DNA of 64,000 nucleotides from Paraphysomonas bandaiensis. Its lineage: Eukaryota; Protista; Chrysophyceae. The notes beneath the pieces are model-generated. The model made no database searches. It was given only the letters and a program-made list of their open reading frames with translations, and was not told where the DNA came from. Positions 47,811-62,118 of this stretch are shown piece by piece. The stretch is taken from NCBI GenBank assembly GCA_965644295.1, contig CBFFRP010000146.1, positions 62,001 through 126,000 on the forward strand, given 5' to 3'. Position 1 is the first letter of the stretch; every line of letters starts with the position of its first letter. A program made the translations under genes and the position numbers.

Positions 47811-48488
47811 CTAGGTCCTTATGTGGGCATAATTATATCGTGCCGTACAGATAAGCGTGTAGTGTAGCATCTCGTGTATGTGGTTGGTGCAATAAAGAGG
47901 TGAAAGTATATATTTACCATAAGTGCATGCCGCAGTTAGTTATGTATCAGAGTTATAATTTTAAACGATACGTTGCATGTGTCCTGAAAGAACTTTAAGA
48001 TTCAGTAGTTTAACATGATATGTTTTTTCGAATTTCGTTTAGTTGATATAGAAGATCATTATTACTTCTGCTTAGACAACGCAAAAGGAAAACTATATTG
48101 CAATATGCAATAGCGGTTTTTTAATGCGCCTTAAATCCTGCAGTCTCTGTTTCTTGGCTGTGTGGTAGAATACATTCTGACGGGAGAAAACGTTTTAACC
48201 CTGACGACTTTAAATCAAACCTCAGAAAGTACTTAAATATACGCTGTAGGAAAGTGCTCCACATCTTACTATACACCCATAGAGCATAGAGATCACTATT
48301 AAATTTTTTGTGCACTGTATGTTGCATGGTACATATATATATGCTTTTGTCTGCCCATATTTACAGAATATATAAGCTGCTAAATTAAAAATCAATCTAA
48401 AAATTTAAGCAATTACGAAATCATTCCTTATTCTTATGCACGACGTATACAACAAGTCGGAACTTCTATTCAGAAATTCGCACAACCA

Positions 48489-49422
48489 TTATAAAGGCTT
48501 TCGCAACAATATCTTAACTCCGCCTAGTCGCCCACATTGGAAAAGTTCAACAATAGCAGAGTAAAATCTATCAAGCGCCTCCCACGTCTCAAGGTTGTGT
48601 ACTCGAACATGTCTCGCCTCATCTCGTCTCCATTCACAGAGTCGCTCGGCAGTGAATGCCCGCCACTCCTCGGTGACGTCTTGAAAGTCTACTTCAAAAC
48701 CAGCAGACTGCAAAGTTTCTATATACTCAGTCCGAGAGGGCAGCTGTGAGTCTGGTACAAAAACTTCTTCCCGCAGTAACTTCTGTTCTATGTCCGTAAA
48801 TGGCCCTTTCTCATTTATGAAGTAAAAGTCCTCGATATACACCTTCCCCCCCGGTCGAAGAAGGTCAAAAGCCCGTGAAAAAACTTCAGATCTTTTGTTC
48901 AATGGTATATGTAAAATAACTAGCCATGACACTACAGCATCGAATGTTCCATCATCACCAATTTCCAGTCTTTTATCTGTAAAATCACCCGGAATTACTT
49001 TCACACGATCTGCAATAGAGCATCTCCGAGACAACTCATTAGCCAATTCTGCCAGATCGCTCTGCATTTCAATTCCAATGACAGTTGCCCCACTTGTATT
49101 GCTAATACATCGTCCAGGACCTCCGAGTCCTGATCCTATCAAGAAATCGTTACACATGATAGTATATACAAAGAGGTGTGTGTGTACCTATGTCAACCAC
49201 TCTACTATTAGATGATAACTCCAATATCTCAGCAGCACGCTTCGCTCCATCCATTCCACTGTAGTTATAACAGTCAAACATGTTCATGATTGGCACTGGA
49301 ATAAATTCATCGCTGTTTCTGTCATAATTCATTTCAGATAATTCGTTCCATATTCTATCAATATGTGAGTACAGTTGCATTGTTTTAATGCTGGATTCAC
49401 AGTCTTCTTTTGCATCACTCAT
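48489..49422 (-). CDS. Class I SAM-dependent methyltransferase (sarcosine/dimethylglycine N-methyltransferase-like)
   Basis: Splicing (about 49139-49188) gives motif I VVDIGSGLGGPGR. Also VIGIEMQ, GDF, FDAVVSWLVILHIP and LLRPGGKVYIEDF. Confidence 0.85.
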
Positions 49423-50115
49423 TGCTGTTAGATTCGATTTAGTAATAAAGAAATTAGACGATGATCTTTGTTACGTATGGTTGTAATGTGATGCATTGAA
49501 AACATGCATATGATACTATAGCATACAATTACTTACTTGTACCCATGTATCGTAGTTCACGCATATACCTCTGTTTCCATTGTTTCATCATCAAAAAACA
49601 GTATACAGCTAAAAACCTGGGAGTTTTGCCTGGTCCCACCAAGCTGCAAAGTGAAAACCCATTGTAATTGTGCTATTTATCACAGAAATTGACAAAAATA
49701 GGCTTTTTAGAGGATTTCTCCAGGAATATACTGAAAATTTTCTTCCGAAAACTCATACTCAAATCTGTGTAACGCAAACCTCATTTCAAAAAAATCAGTT
49801 AAAAAAAAAATAATTAAAAATTGAAATTAATGTATAGAAAAACACGTAGAAACAAGAGCACTAGAGTTTAATACCGCATCAATAGCTCTGCTGTCTCTTC
49901 TAGTCGTATGTGTTCATAAGATCTAGCTACAACAACTAATGCATAGTATATATGGATTGATAAGATAAGTCATTATCATCTTATCATTTCTATCCATTCA
50001 ATTTTATTTCATTGTTGTTTTCATATCTTTTAATCTTTTAAATGTATTTCTGTTAATATATTCATATCTATCACTTGTGTTACTTGTGTCTCAGTAAGGC
50101 AGCTATATAATCAAG

Positions 50116-53100
50116 ATGACTGCAGAAAATCCGAATTATCTTTTTGCTAAAATGTCAACTGTGTTGTCGTTTCCAATTGATGGTATATATTGCTATGTTT
50201 TAGTAAATGTAACTTGCGGCTTATGTATACAAACACAGGAATAAAGCGTTCAGAACTTATTCGGCGACCAAATAAAAGTATTAACTTAGATAGTGCATCT
50301 GTTGGGACGGCAGATAGCAAGAGTAAACCAAGAACTAAAATTGAAGAGATAGATAGGCAAGTGGAAATGAAAGTTAGAGAAATAATACAGGAATTGAAAG
50401 CGAGCCACGGGAAGTTCGAAGACCCCGATTTTGGTCCGACGGAGACAGATACTTATGCAGAGAAGTCTTTGTATGGGTCAGGCGGATCTCCTTCCCCTGC
50501 GGGCACGAATAAATATCCGAGTCCAGACTCTATTCGTTGGGATCGTCCTCGATATTCGGACAATAAGTTCCAGGATGAAGAGGTGGCGGAGGATGACGAG
50601 GAGGAGGGTGATGAATTTGATGAAATGGACGAGTTCGCGACAATTGGAGGTGCTTCAGATGAGGTAAACATTGACGTCTTGCTGTCAACATACGGTAATC
50701 ATGTACAGGTGTGGTGCATGGATGGAAGCCTGTTCATTGACGGATCCTCTTCGGGGGATGTTGTCCAAGGCAAGCTGGGTGACTGTTGGTTTCTAGGAGC
50801 TCTTTCTGTTCTTGGTACGCAGCAGCACTTACTCGATAATTGTTTTTGGCATCTAGACTCATTCAGAGAGTATGGTTTGTACGTATGTGTATTTTATAAG
50901 GACTGTGCACTGAGATTCGTTATTATTGATGACCGCATACCGGTATTTGCCACCTCCGGTCGAGTCGTTTTTGGCCAATGTAAGGACCCCAACGAGCTTT
51001 GGGTTCCGCTAATAGAGAAGGCTTATGCAAAACTTCATGGTAGCTACAAAGCACTAATAGGTATGCATATATTATTACAGTTTTGCAATACTCATCCATA
51101 TTTAGGTGGATATGTGCATTTGGGTCTCGCGGATCTCACGGGGTACGTGCCCCGTCTAGTGGGCCTGAAACCTGGGTATATGGGGTACTCAGACCCTTTT
51201 GATGATCCTGGCCACCGAGACCAGCTTTGGACGCTTCTTGAGACGTATGTACTCTGCTGCATGCTTGTAGTAGGTAACGTTTCTTCCACAGGTATCAGAA
51301 ATGGGGGTGTCTGATGGGTACATCCATACAATCGAAGCCGGGGGAAGGTGGAAAGGTATCAACATATTTTGTATTGTGCTTGCTTTATTTCTCCGTTTTC
51401 CGTTGAATCAGGTGGAGGCCAACGCTGGAAATGGACTGAAGATGGGACATGCATATAGCTTCTTGGCTTGCGGAGTAATTAATGTCAGTGCAAGCGATGG
51501 CAAAGGGAGCACAAATGTCCGTCTAGTTCGTCTTCGCAATCCGTGGGGATTTGGTGTGTATTATCTATACTGCTAATAATAATATTTTATACGTTGTTTT
51601 CGTTGTGTGGCGCAGGTGAGTGGACTGGTCCCTGGTCAGATAACACACCTGAGCGCGAGAAGTACTCTGCTGAGATAAAACGGGTATTTGCTACTGAGAA
51701 TGAGGCCGAAGATGTGGATGCCATCGGAAATGACGGGACATTTTATATGACATTTGAGGTTTTATTGACAGTTGACTAGATATATGACACTGACACGATA
51801 ACAGGATTGGATGAAACATTTCACGTCTCTCTTTGTTGCAATTAACTTTCCTGAAGAAGAGTACAGCGTAAGTTGCATCAAGGGCTTGTTGATTGAATTG
51901 ACGTGAATACAGGGCCAAATGGTGAAAGGCAGCTGGAGTGGCGATGTTGGTGGCCCAAGGGAGATGTCAACTTGGATTGCGAACCCCAAAGTAAAACTTT
52001 CTTTACTCACAGATGACAATAGTAACCGGTAAGTGTGTACCATATCTACAATTCTGGCATCAATATCTTGTAGAAGGAGGAATGTCTTCGTTGGGCTCTA
52101 TATAAATGACACAAGACTCACATTGGGGAAGGAGTACTACACTGATCCACTATATAAGGTTATATAAGATGTTTGAGTGGTCGCGATAAGATTCATGGTA
52201 TTCACAGGTTGGTGTTGGCTTCGATTTGGTAACTCTTGAGGAGTTTGAGAAGCGTCTGAAGAAGTCGGATGACGTTGACCTTAAAATAAACAACGGAGTA
52301 ATGTATGAAGTTTCTAATGAGCAAGTCAATCAACCGCCTTATATGTTTGGCACCACCCAAGTGGATGTGTGGCTTGACGTCAGCGAAGCCTCTGAGTACT
52401 ATATTGTTCCTTCACTAAGGAACAGAAAGCTACCAGGAGTGTATTTTCTGCAGGTAACTACAACTTGAGTCGATATCACCGGAGTTGACTTATTGTGGCA
52501 GGTCTACTCTAATGGTCCGTTCGAGGTGGAGGGAGGCGTGTCGATCGGCTTCGAGAGAGCGCCGAAGCCCTGTGCTGTAGGCAATAAGCAACTTCATTTA
52601 ACCACCGCACAGTTTTATGAAAAGACTGAAGAAGTTCGAGAAAAACTCTTGGTGGAAGCGAAAAGGCTTGGAATTACACTTTCAGATATGAAACGTATGT
52701 TTCGAAACGAAAGTATTCCCAGAACGGCTTTTAAAAGACGACTGATGGAGTTAGGATATAGTTTAGCAGATTTCCCTGATGAAGATTTCGTAGTGCTTGA
52801 CGAAAACAACGATGGGTCGATTTCTTCGGAGGAGTTCATCCGTTTTTTCGAGAAAGGTCTCGATATGAACGACCCGACTAAGGAGCCACCACCTCCTGAT
52901 GCGCCTCCTGATGATCTAGTTTTTCAGCCTATTGACCTAGAGGGTGTACTCACAGTTGTTGTCAATGGCGCTAAAGATTTGCGCAAAGCATCTACTTGGT
53001 TCACCTCAGATGACAAGCCTAACACTTCAGCTGGTGCAGGGGATGGAAGTAAAGCTCAAAAGCCTACTGTTCAGGGCAGGAAGAAGTTTCATTACGACGT

Positions 53101-56100
53101 TGAGGAAGCTGCTCGGTCACATACTGAAATTATTAGCGACATAATGTCAGCACCAAAGACATCTATGAAGGCTAAAACTGATAAGAAAGATAAAAACCCT
53201 CGAGCTGATGGCGAAACAGCACATTTTCCATCTGAACTAAGCGTTTTAACGAAGCCAGGAACTACTGACTTTGGTCCCTTGTCTGTTAGCTCAAGAATAT
53301 CGGGGGGGCATAATATTCTCAGTATGGATGACCAAGTGGGTAAGGAGGCCGGACTTCAGCTTCATAGTGATGCGGTACTTCAGCGAGAAGAGATACATAG
53401 AACCCAGTTTCTCAGCAAATTTCGTGCTAAGCAAAAACTGGAGAGTGGCGTGGAGGAGGGACCCAAAGCCGAGACTGGGCTACTCATCAGTAAACACGGT
53501 ATGAAAAAAATAACTCATGAGAAACGCGAATGTACTGAAGAAATTCTTCGATATCTGGGCATGTCGCCTGAAGCAATTATACGATTTCTGCGCCCTGGGG
53601 AGTCCAATACATCGCATACAAGTAAACAGCAGTCATCGTCCAAATATGATGACGAAGCAATAGCTGTATCGTCAATGTCGGACACTACCGTCGCAGCCGC
53701 TGCTGTAAAGAAAAAAACAACCGCGGCTTCTCGCCCAAGCACCAGTACAGAGAATTCAAGGGGTGGTCGCTACAATGGGCTCGAGGATGATATTTGGGAC
53801 GTGTTGGTGGATAGGGTTGTTGTTATTTCCGCATGTAGAAGCCCAGACGCTAAGGTTTTAACGAAAATTTTGAACACTCGCGAGTTGAGGCCTGATAGCT
53901 TGAAATCGTTGGAGAAACCAAAATCTAATTTACCGACACCAAGCAAGGTGGCAACGCCGGTGTCAGCAACATTGAAGGGAACAAGGAGCGCAACAAAGGG
54001 AATGAGAAAGACTCCAGGCTATGCAACAGCTGCGATAGCGAAGTCACAGTCGAAGTCAGCATCGTCGCATACAGTATCAGGAGCTTATAATGTTTTGGAA
54101 AAGCTCTCCGAAGAAGTATCTTATGTCGAGGTTTATCGTCGTCTAGTAGCGATACCATTAATAAATTTCAACAAGGTCAGTGCATTATATTATAGCATTA
54201 AATTGTTAACAGTTTTACGGGCAGATTGACCCCACACTTGGTGCTGAAATTGTTGGTATGACTAAGTTTAATTTTGGATCTACTGTAAAATCATGGTTTG
54301 AGTTCTTTGATAAAAACCGTGATGGTAACATTTCTTTTGATGAATTTGCTCTTGCTATGAAAGAGCTCAGTGCAAATATGTCGAATGACGACATGAAAAC
54401 CCTATTTCTCCGCTTTCAAACTCGTAAGATGGATGGCCTCATTGACTGGATCGAGTTCATGGATTTTTTCGATAATAATATACAGCGGAAAACTGTAGGA
54501 GAAACAGATAAAGTAAATGAGGAGGTCTCTCTAGTTGAAGTATTAGGCGACCTACATGACGTGTGTCGACTGCATCGAAAAAAACCACAAACACATTCTG
54601 GCGCCGCAACTACTTCTAAGTTATCTGCCGATGACGACTCTTATTCAATCCTCAATGAGTTTCTGACTTTGAAAGAAGCGGATGTCCGATGCAATGCGGC
54701 CCATTTGAACGATGTCCAAATTCCGATTTCTCTCTCCACAATGGGCAGAATATCTCGTATATTTTCCAACGACCTCGAGAAATTGAAACATTTTGTGTCT
54801 GTGTCTGGCGTGAAAAATTTGACATATATAGTCACGGCAATTAAAGAAAATATTTTGGGTGCATTAGCTGCTCGATGCCAAGCTCATAAACAATTTGAAC
54901 TTACATCGGACGAGGAGTTGAGTAAGCTATGGTGTGCCATGGCACCTGATTGTGAAACCGCCATTTCGTATGCGGCATTTGGTGATTATTTGTATGAGAT
55001 AGTGTGCGATCATTTGGATGGCACCAGCTCCAACAGTAGTGAGCCAACCGGTACAGTAACAGAATCAGGGAAAGCAATAGATGGAAAAAGTCAGAGTGAT
55101 TCTGCACCCATGCAAGATACTCGAAGATTTATGGGGTTGGACATTAGGGTGCTGTGTAATATTGTAGCAGAGGAGATCCTCTATTCCTCCTGGAACCGAC
55201 TTTATCATAAAGAAAATAAATCTTCTGTGTCGTGGTCTTTAATATCTATGGTCTCGTATTCTGCCTTTAAAGCTTTCATAAAGCATTCCCACGTTGGTGC
55301 AATTGAGCAAAAGCTGGAGTATTTGGTTCACTTGCAGAACTGCTCCGAGACTGGGTTCGTCAATTATCTTTTACACGCCTATGTCCCATCATCGAACGAC
55401 ATAACCAAGAAGCAGTCGACGAATCCGGATCATATTCTTTTGATTGCATATGATCCACTCTCGTCGTGTATATTTAGAATGAAGGTAAGCATTGACTTCT
55501 ACCCGTCATTGATACCCGTCTTTGCCACTCACGTCTTATGCAGGTTGATTGCGACGCCTCTAGAATTCCACGTGGTGATCAACTGGTGGATATTATACTA
55601 AATCGCTACACTCATAAGGGACCAATATTCAATAATTTCCTTGATGTTTATTTTAATAGAAGCGTTGATGTAAAAGGGATCTCAGGTCGCGCCATGGTGA
55701 GCGCGTCGAACGGGAAATTGAAACAGAATAGTAACGCTGCTGGTATTGAGGCCTGTCATGACAGTGCGGAACACAGGCGGAAGTGTACATCATGCGCGTT
55801 TCACAGTGTGTTGTACGCATGTCGTGTGTTTAATCCATGGGAAACTCCAGTGGAAGACCGCGCTATGTCAGATCTCTGTGGTCGTTTGAGATTGGTCAAT
55901 TCAGGGCAATCTACTATACTTGTATTGTCAGAAGATGCGAAATTCGTACAAAAGTTGCAAGAACTACTGGATAAAGCGTCGCTTCCCTTCTTTTCAATCG
56001 TTAACGAAGTGTCGTTATTATTTGAGGTAAGTCAAGAGGCCACACGAAAGGCTGGATCCGTGCAGAAGTTAGTTTTTGGAAACATACGACAGAGTCCACC

Positions 56101-58488
56101 ACTGAAGAATTTTTTAGTAAATGTAGTTTCCGATATTCGAGTTGTGATATGCACATACGATGGCGACACTGAGGAGTCCATGGATTGGAGAGAAATGCTT
56201 GCTTACTTGACCGATAATCGAAACCCTTTTGTTACTGTGCAGTTGCTACCGAAGTATGTCGAACCGAAACGTGGAATGATTGAGCATGTCCCAGATGATA
56301 TGATGGAGCGCTATGGCGTAGATTCGGAAAATAATAGCGCCGAGTTATCCTTTGATGATGATGTGACGGAGGAACCAGGGGAGTCTCGTGTACAGAAAGG
56401 ACCACCAGATATTGATGGTGGATTGCATCCATCCTGGGAGCACGTATTTCACATAAAGTTTAAACCACCCAAGCTTACTAATTGTCCCGTTTTATTTTCG
56501 GATATTTTACAGCTGAATATAGAACATAGCCGTAAATATATTATCATCATGGTGCGTGTCGCGACGGATAGATCCCTCTTCATGACAGCCTATGATCCGA
56601 GAACTGCGACTGAGTACATGCTGTTTGGTGGCCCCACGAAGTGGTGTGTACCGGACATTTCTAATGATGATATGGTTGTTCTAAAAAAAGAGTATCCACA
56701 TTTCGACCCTCAAAAATGTAGCCGCTTAGATTTTTTCCAGAAACAACTGGAGGACGCCATATCCGCCCATGATAATCCTCGAGCGAAACCGATGGATAAG
56801 TTCAGACTCGGGTTCGCAATAACTCCGAGACTTCTAGTATCTGTGTATAACAAGAAAGGTGGTGGTGGTGAGGAGCTTCTAGGATCATGTCAAGTTTCTG
56901 TATCATCGGTTTTGTCTGGTACTGGAAATAACACGACAATGTTGACAACACTGATGTATGAGGTCCTTGGTGACTCAGGACAACCTTCTTTCTTTAAGGC
57001 CGGCTCCCTCAGCATACAGCTTGGCTACCTCAAGCAGTCAGAAATCGACGCACTAGTGGAATCCAAGAAGTCGTCTAAGGTCAGAAATGCTGAATCTTTG
57101 CAGGCGAGTGGTAGTAGGAAACTATCTGGTACTCTTTCTGTGGCGCAATCAAGAAAATTATCTGCAGAAAACGTGCCATCTCTTCGAGTTGAGGACACGA
57201 AGTTTCACGATAATGGGACTGAAAGCATTGTATCCGCCCGCATGCGAATTGAAAAGTATCAGGCAGAGAAATTGAAACTTCAAGAGGAGTTATCGAAATT
57301 AAAGGAAGAGAAAAAGATGATGGTTGCCGAGGAAGAAAAGACTAAATTATCACAAAATTCACGACAGGGCAGAGTCTCAGCTGATGAATATGAAACACTC
57401 AAGGCTAAGCATGACGCTCTCTTGAAGGAGGCTGAGAAGCTGCGAAAGCAGGCAGAGGGTCGTAGTGCTGAAGAGGTTCGTAACCAGACCGAAAAGCGAG
57501 TTACTGAATCAAGCAGGGCGATCGGTGAAGGCGAAGTGGAGGCAGTTAACGTGACTGATGCAAGTAACAATATTAAGACTATAATCCAAAATATTGTTTC
57601 TGTGTTTGCTACTCGTCATGTGAAGCGTGGTGGTGCGAAGGATGATCCAGAAGCAGCTATGAGGCCGCTTGCTAGAGCAATAAAGGGTTACCAAGATGAT
57701 AATGATTGTGTGTCGGCTGTGGATGTGGAACTGATGTTTGCAGATCTCTTGGTGGTTGTTACTGACTCAGATGTCGAGGTACCTTCTTATGTGTTGTCTA
57801 CGTTGTATTAATACCATTTATAAAAGGTAATATTGGATGAAATCGGCCGCCTTTCCAATGGAAATGTAGCTGTCGTTGCATTTGTCGACTTCTTCAAGTC
57901 TGAATACGCCAAGGCATATGGTGGATCGTTTCAACGGTGTGCGGAAGAACCAGTCATTCAGAAGAAGAACGATAGTAGTAATTCTCATTCGGCAGTAAAG
58001 GAAGTTACCGTTCCAGTGGTTAGAGAAGAACGGATGGACGAGCCTAGCGTATCGACTAGCGGTAAGGAAGAAGTCGCCAATCGCCCCCTGTCTGCAGGAT
58101 CATCTTCCACAATTGACTGGGACACCTATCCTCTACCGGGAGATCATTGGGAGAGGCGAGTGGACAAGAAAAGAAATAGAGTACGAAATTTGCTTTATGT
58201 GTATCGCATATTTACGTTTATGTTTAGGTTTATTATGTGAATCATAAAACGAGAAGTACTCAGTGGGAGCATCCTTTATATCAACCTTCACGCGACAATA
58301 GGCGCGGACACCGATTGAATAAGAGTCAGCGCTCGAGTGATACGTCTGATGTGCAGCAATCTGGAAGTGATTCCAACACTTCGAAGTTAAATAAAACTGC
58401 GCCTATGCAGCCGTTAGCCCCATCGAAAGGAAAGAGCTCTAAGCCTAGCCATAAAACCACTGGACGTGACGTGAGAAGGGGAGCGTGA
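50116..58488 (+). CDS. Giant calpain-family cysteine protease with EF-hands, C2-like domains, coiled coil and C-terminal WW domain
   Basis: FEDPDF, QGKLGDCWFL (Cys), IEKAYAKLHGSY, GHAYS (His), LRNPWG (Asn). EF-hands DENNDGSISSEEF, DKNRDGNISFDEF and MDGLIDWIEF. C2-like GVLTVVVNGAKDL and NPFVTV...PSW...LLGSCQV. WW domain LPGDHWERRVD...YYVNHKTRSTQWEHP. Exons are joined by short GT-AG introns. Confidence 0.85.
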
Positions 58489-60066
58489 GTTATTGACATT
58501 TGTTAAGCAGTATTTCCTGATCCAGTAGATTGAAGTCGCAGTATTCGTATGACGCACACGCGGGAGACAGAAATCCTTCGGATTCCGGTTAGTTGTCACT
58601 AATAGGAGTGTAATATATATTTTTTAATAAAAAAAGGAAGTTATAACCCTAAATGCACATACGTATTCCAACATATAATGAACAATAGAAATGATATAAT
58701 ATCTGGTAATGAATACAATATAATATATTCTGTAGAAAATATATTCAGACAGTCTTTAGTTGTACGAGGAGGACAGCACTTTTAACAGTTTGCAGTTTAC
58801 TATCTGGTGACAGCACAAATTATAATATCGAACATGATAAGCGTTCTTCGTTGCAGATAATTATCAGAATTGCTCGATATTATATATAGATGAGCTACGT
58901 GGTTATGAAAAGTAATTTATGATTATTATAATATTTTCAAAGACACAAGCATGTGCAATAAATATCAATATTGCAACCCAATATACTTTTACCAGGCTTT
59001 GTTGAAGCCTATTGGAATTTTGTTAAATCCAATATTTTTGATGTTTTGCGCATGATTTAAAATTGCATTTTAATTATGTAAATGATGCATCTATAATTGA
59101 GAAGACGGCAACTTTCATTATTATTAAATTGACTAGGTTGAATAATATGTATCTCACCTTGAAACTTGATTACTACCTAGATGTTCTCATCGTCATTATT
59201 TTTCATTGACATCGAACCTTGACATCGTATTAATTTAAGCTTTTAGTTAGTGCAATATTGACTGATTGATACTATATGAGATATAGTAAGTTTATGATGT
59301 TGTAGCACTGTGAGTTAGGAACCACGTCATTCACCAACATCAACATTCTGTTCTACAAATCATATCTTTAACAGCTACTATATTCTCAGTTTCTTTGTAT
59401 ACTTGTAATAGCTACTCCTATACTGTAGTCATGTATATTCTGTATTTCATTGCTACATAGAATACAGGATAACTACTAGCGATTGGCTTTACCAAACTTC
59501 AAGTACGCACGTAGGAGTTGGTTGTAGTTCAATACATCGAAGGGCTATACGTCAATCATGGGAAAGTCTCCCACACATACTCAAGAGCGAAAGTGGTTTC
59601 ACCTTGGTGCTGGTGGTGACTTACAATTCGTAGCGTTAAATGGTAGGATATCAGAGTTAAGCACTAGTTAGTTAAGTTGCAATGCTAAATTAGTTCTGAC
59701 ACTTAATCGCCTATTGCGAATAATAAGGCATTCTCTACACAATAAAGTGAACAAGTGAAAGTGATCTCAGTATTATCATAAGAGGGAGGATTACCTACAT
59801 AATATATGGCCATTATGTTTGGCATCAATAATATATGAAACAATTCACGGAGCAAGCCATTAGAAAAGCGTTGTAATAGCTATATATTATAAGTACTGGA
59901 ACATAAGTCTTTTCAATTTTTAATTTCGAACAATATTGTAACTAATAATACAATGTCATGTATAAAATAACAATGAACAATAAGATGCACATATCTGATA
60001 TAGATTTTTTATCGTACTATCTATCTCGGAGGTGGTTATGATATAAATATTATTAGGTGAAGGCTG

Positions 60067-60549
60067 CCCTCAACAAAGTCGGACTCGCACCTTTTCGTGT
60101 TGTTCTGGGGGATAAGTACCGGAGTTATTTCTCTGGGAAACTAACGTGAGCCGCAAACATAGTCAGCAGATATTCTTCTGCCCACTCATAGCCGAATGCT
60201 TGTGTGGTACAAGGGACACCAATAAGTGTCACTTGTGTAGACGACTTTGGGCCCTGACGAATAAACAGACATCCGGGAATGGGCCCACCTCAAGGGCATC
60301 CGGGACAGGGCCCACCTGAAGGGTAACCAGGGTATTGGGCTGCCTGCTGAAGTCAAGCATCCGGGATGTTCACCTTAAGAACTCAGAGCGGAAGTGGTCG
60401 CACCTTGGTGATTTCGGCGACGCACAAGCAGCTTCCGTAGCGTTAAATAGTAGGATTAAAAAAAGTGTGTACTGATTAGTTACAGGTAGAGGTCTAAAAA
60501 AGTTAGTGCAGTTTTTTAACGCCTATTGCTAATAATAAGACTTTCAATA
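60067..60549. mobile_element. 483-bp insertion of repeat-family sequence flanked by 13-bp direct repeats
   Basis: TAGGTGAAGGCTG at 60054-60066 and 60550-60562. The insert is homologous to 30282-30372 (inverted) and 32699-32987 (direct). Confidence 0.65.
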
Positions 60550-61406
60550 TAGGTGAAGGCTGTAGACAGGTGGCGAATTGCGTTTATAAAAAAGTAATTG
60601 CAGACTGGAATACGAGAAACAAAAGGAGCTATTGAATTGCCAGATTCTACTGAACAAGCAACTGCATTTAGATCTGACTACTGACTATAGCTTCATTGTT
60701 AAAGATTTGACGTTTTCAAGTAATATGTTATTAAAGGCTGATGGAGGTGGGATAGATGATTTATTCTGACGTTATTATTTAGAGTACACCGTTCATATTA
60801 TCGTCAGATAGAACAAGTATAGATGATTATATTACCAGTGCAACATATTATCCAGTCCTCCACCTGCATATAATTTTATAAATCTTCAACTGTTGAGTAT
60901 TGCTCAGGTAATCTTTCAAATTCCAATAATGCTGAGACTAAAAGTTCTAATTCTATCATATTGTCTACAGGGACAAGTGCATATTTATATATTATCAAAA
61001 TATAGTAGGAGCAGATGTATTCTCCCATCTACCTACTAATATTTTGATGTATTCCAGACGGGTCGAATAGCAGTCAAAATATATTTATCTTTTAAAATTT
61101 TTGTCTCATTTCTGTCATGAAGCACACTGGCATCTAAATACACGATGCAATAAACAGCGTATATGTCAGGGCTGCGTACCAATTACTTGTCAATGACAAC
61201 TTATAACTAATCCTGCAGCTACTGTACAATCATGAGTGCAGCAGGAGGAAGACAGTGTAAATAAATATCTCTTAGTTATTGCACCATTGGCGTTACACAT
61301 TCGGTATACTGCATTTACCAACGTTCAATAGTGCAGCATAATCTAATTCCAAAAGCACGTAAAGTCCAGAAAATGTGCATCATACTTCAAGTCGCAGGCA
61401 TGATAT

Positions 61407-62118
61407 TCATTCTGTCGTACTCATTATTCTGTCTACTTCTTTCACAGCATCACGAACCTACAAGTACATCAGAAATAAAAATATGCACTGCAGTGACAAA
61501 ACTTACACTCGCTAGCAAATCCTGCATTTCTTCAAGACTCGCCATCATATCGACATTTCGCAGAAGTCCTCTATCCTTTACTTTCAGCGTAACAAAATAC
61601 ATGGGAGTGTTATTTCTTCCTCCATGTTTAGAGCGCACAGAATAATCCAGTCTCCAATCAATGTCAACAATAGCTGGTGCACTGATTCCTAATTAGAAGT
61701 TATCTTAATGGAAATCACAAGAGCAAATGTAAAACCTGTCGACTCTAAGTGCGATATTATGCTATCACCATGTTGCGTATACAAATCGACCACAAGTCCA
61801 GCAATATCGCTTGATAATGAATGTTCCACAAACAGATCCCTATCACACCACTATCATTAGCTTTCCCTCATATATATACGTATATATAATAACTAACTTG
61901 ATTTGTTGAGGATCTGCACGTACTTTAGCTGCCTCAAGTAACAATGTTGATAATCCACTGAGAGATATCTCTAATGATTCATCAATTTCAATTGTAGAAT
62001 GCCCTCTTATAACAGTTTGTAAAAAATATTTACAGAGATTTGAAAAGTTTTCAGTGTTGAGAGTTTGGAGACTCTGTATTTCCGTTAAAGTCTTCTGGGA
62101 TACACTTAAAATATCCAT
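61407..62118 (-). CDS. COMMD3: COMM domain-containing protein, COMMD3-like (multi-exon)
   Basis: LSTLLLEAAK in the N-terminal helical domain; COMM domain PAIVDIDWRLDYSVRS...YFVTL...SLEEMQDLLA; last exon VRDAVKEVDRIMSTTE*. Confidence 0.8.

Noticed and set aside
60563-61300. Possible decayed coding sequence on the minus strand
   Set aside because: Multiple stops and no recognisable motif, so no call can be supported.
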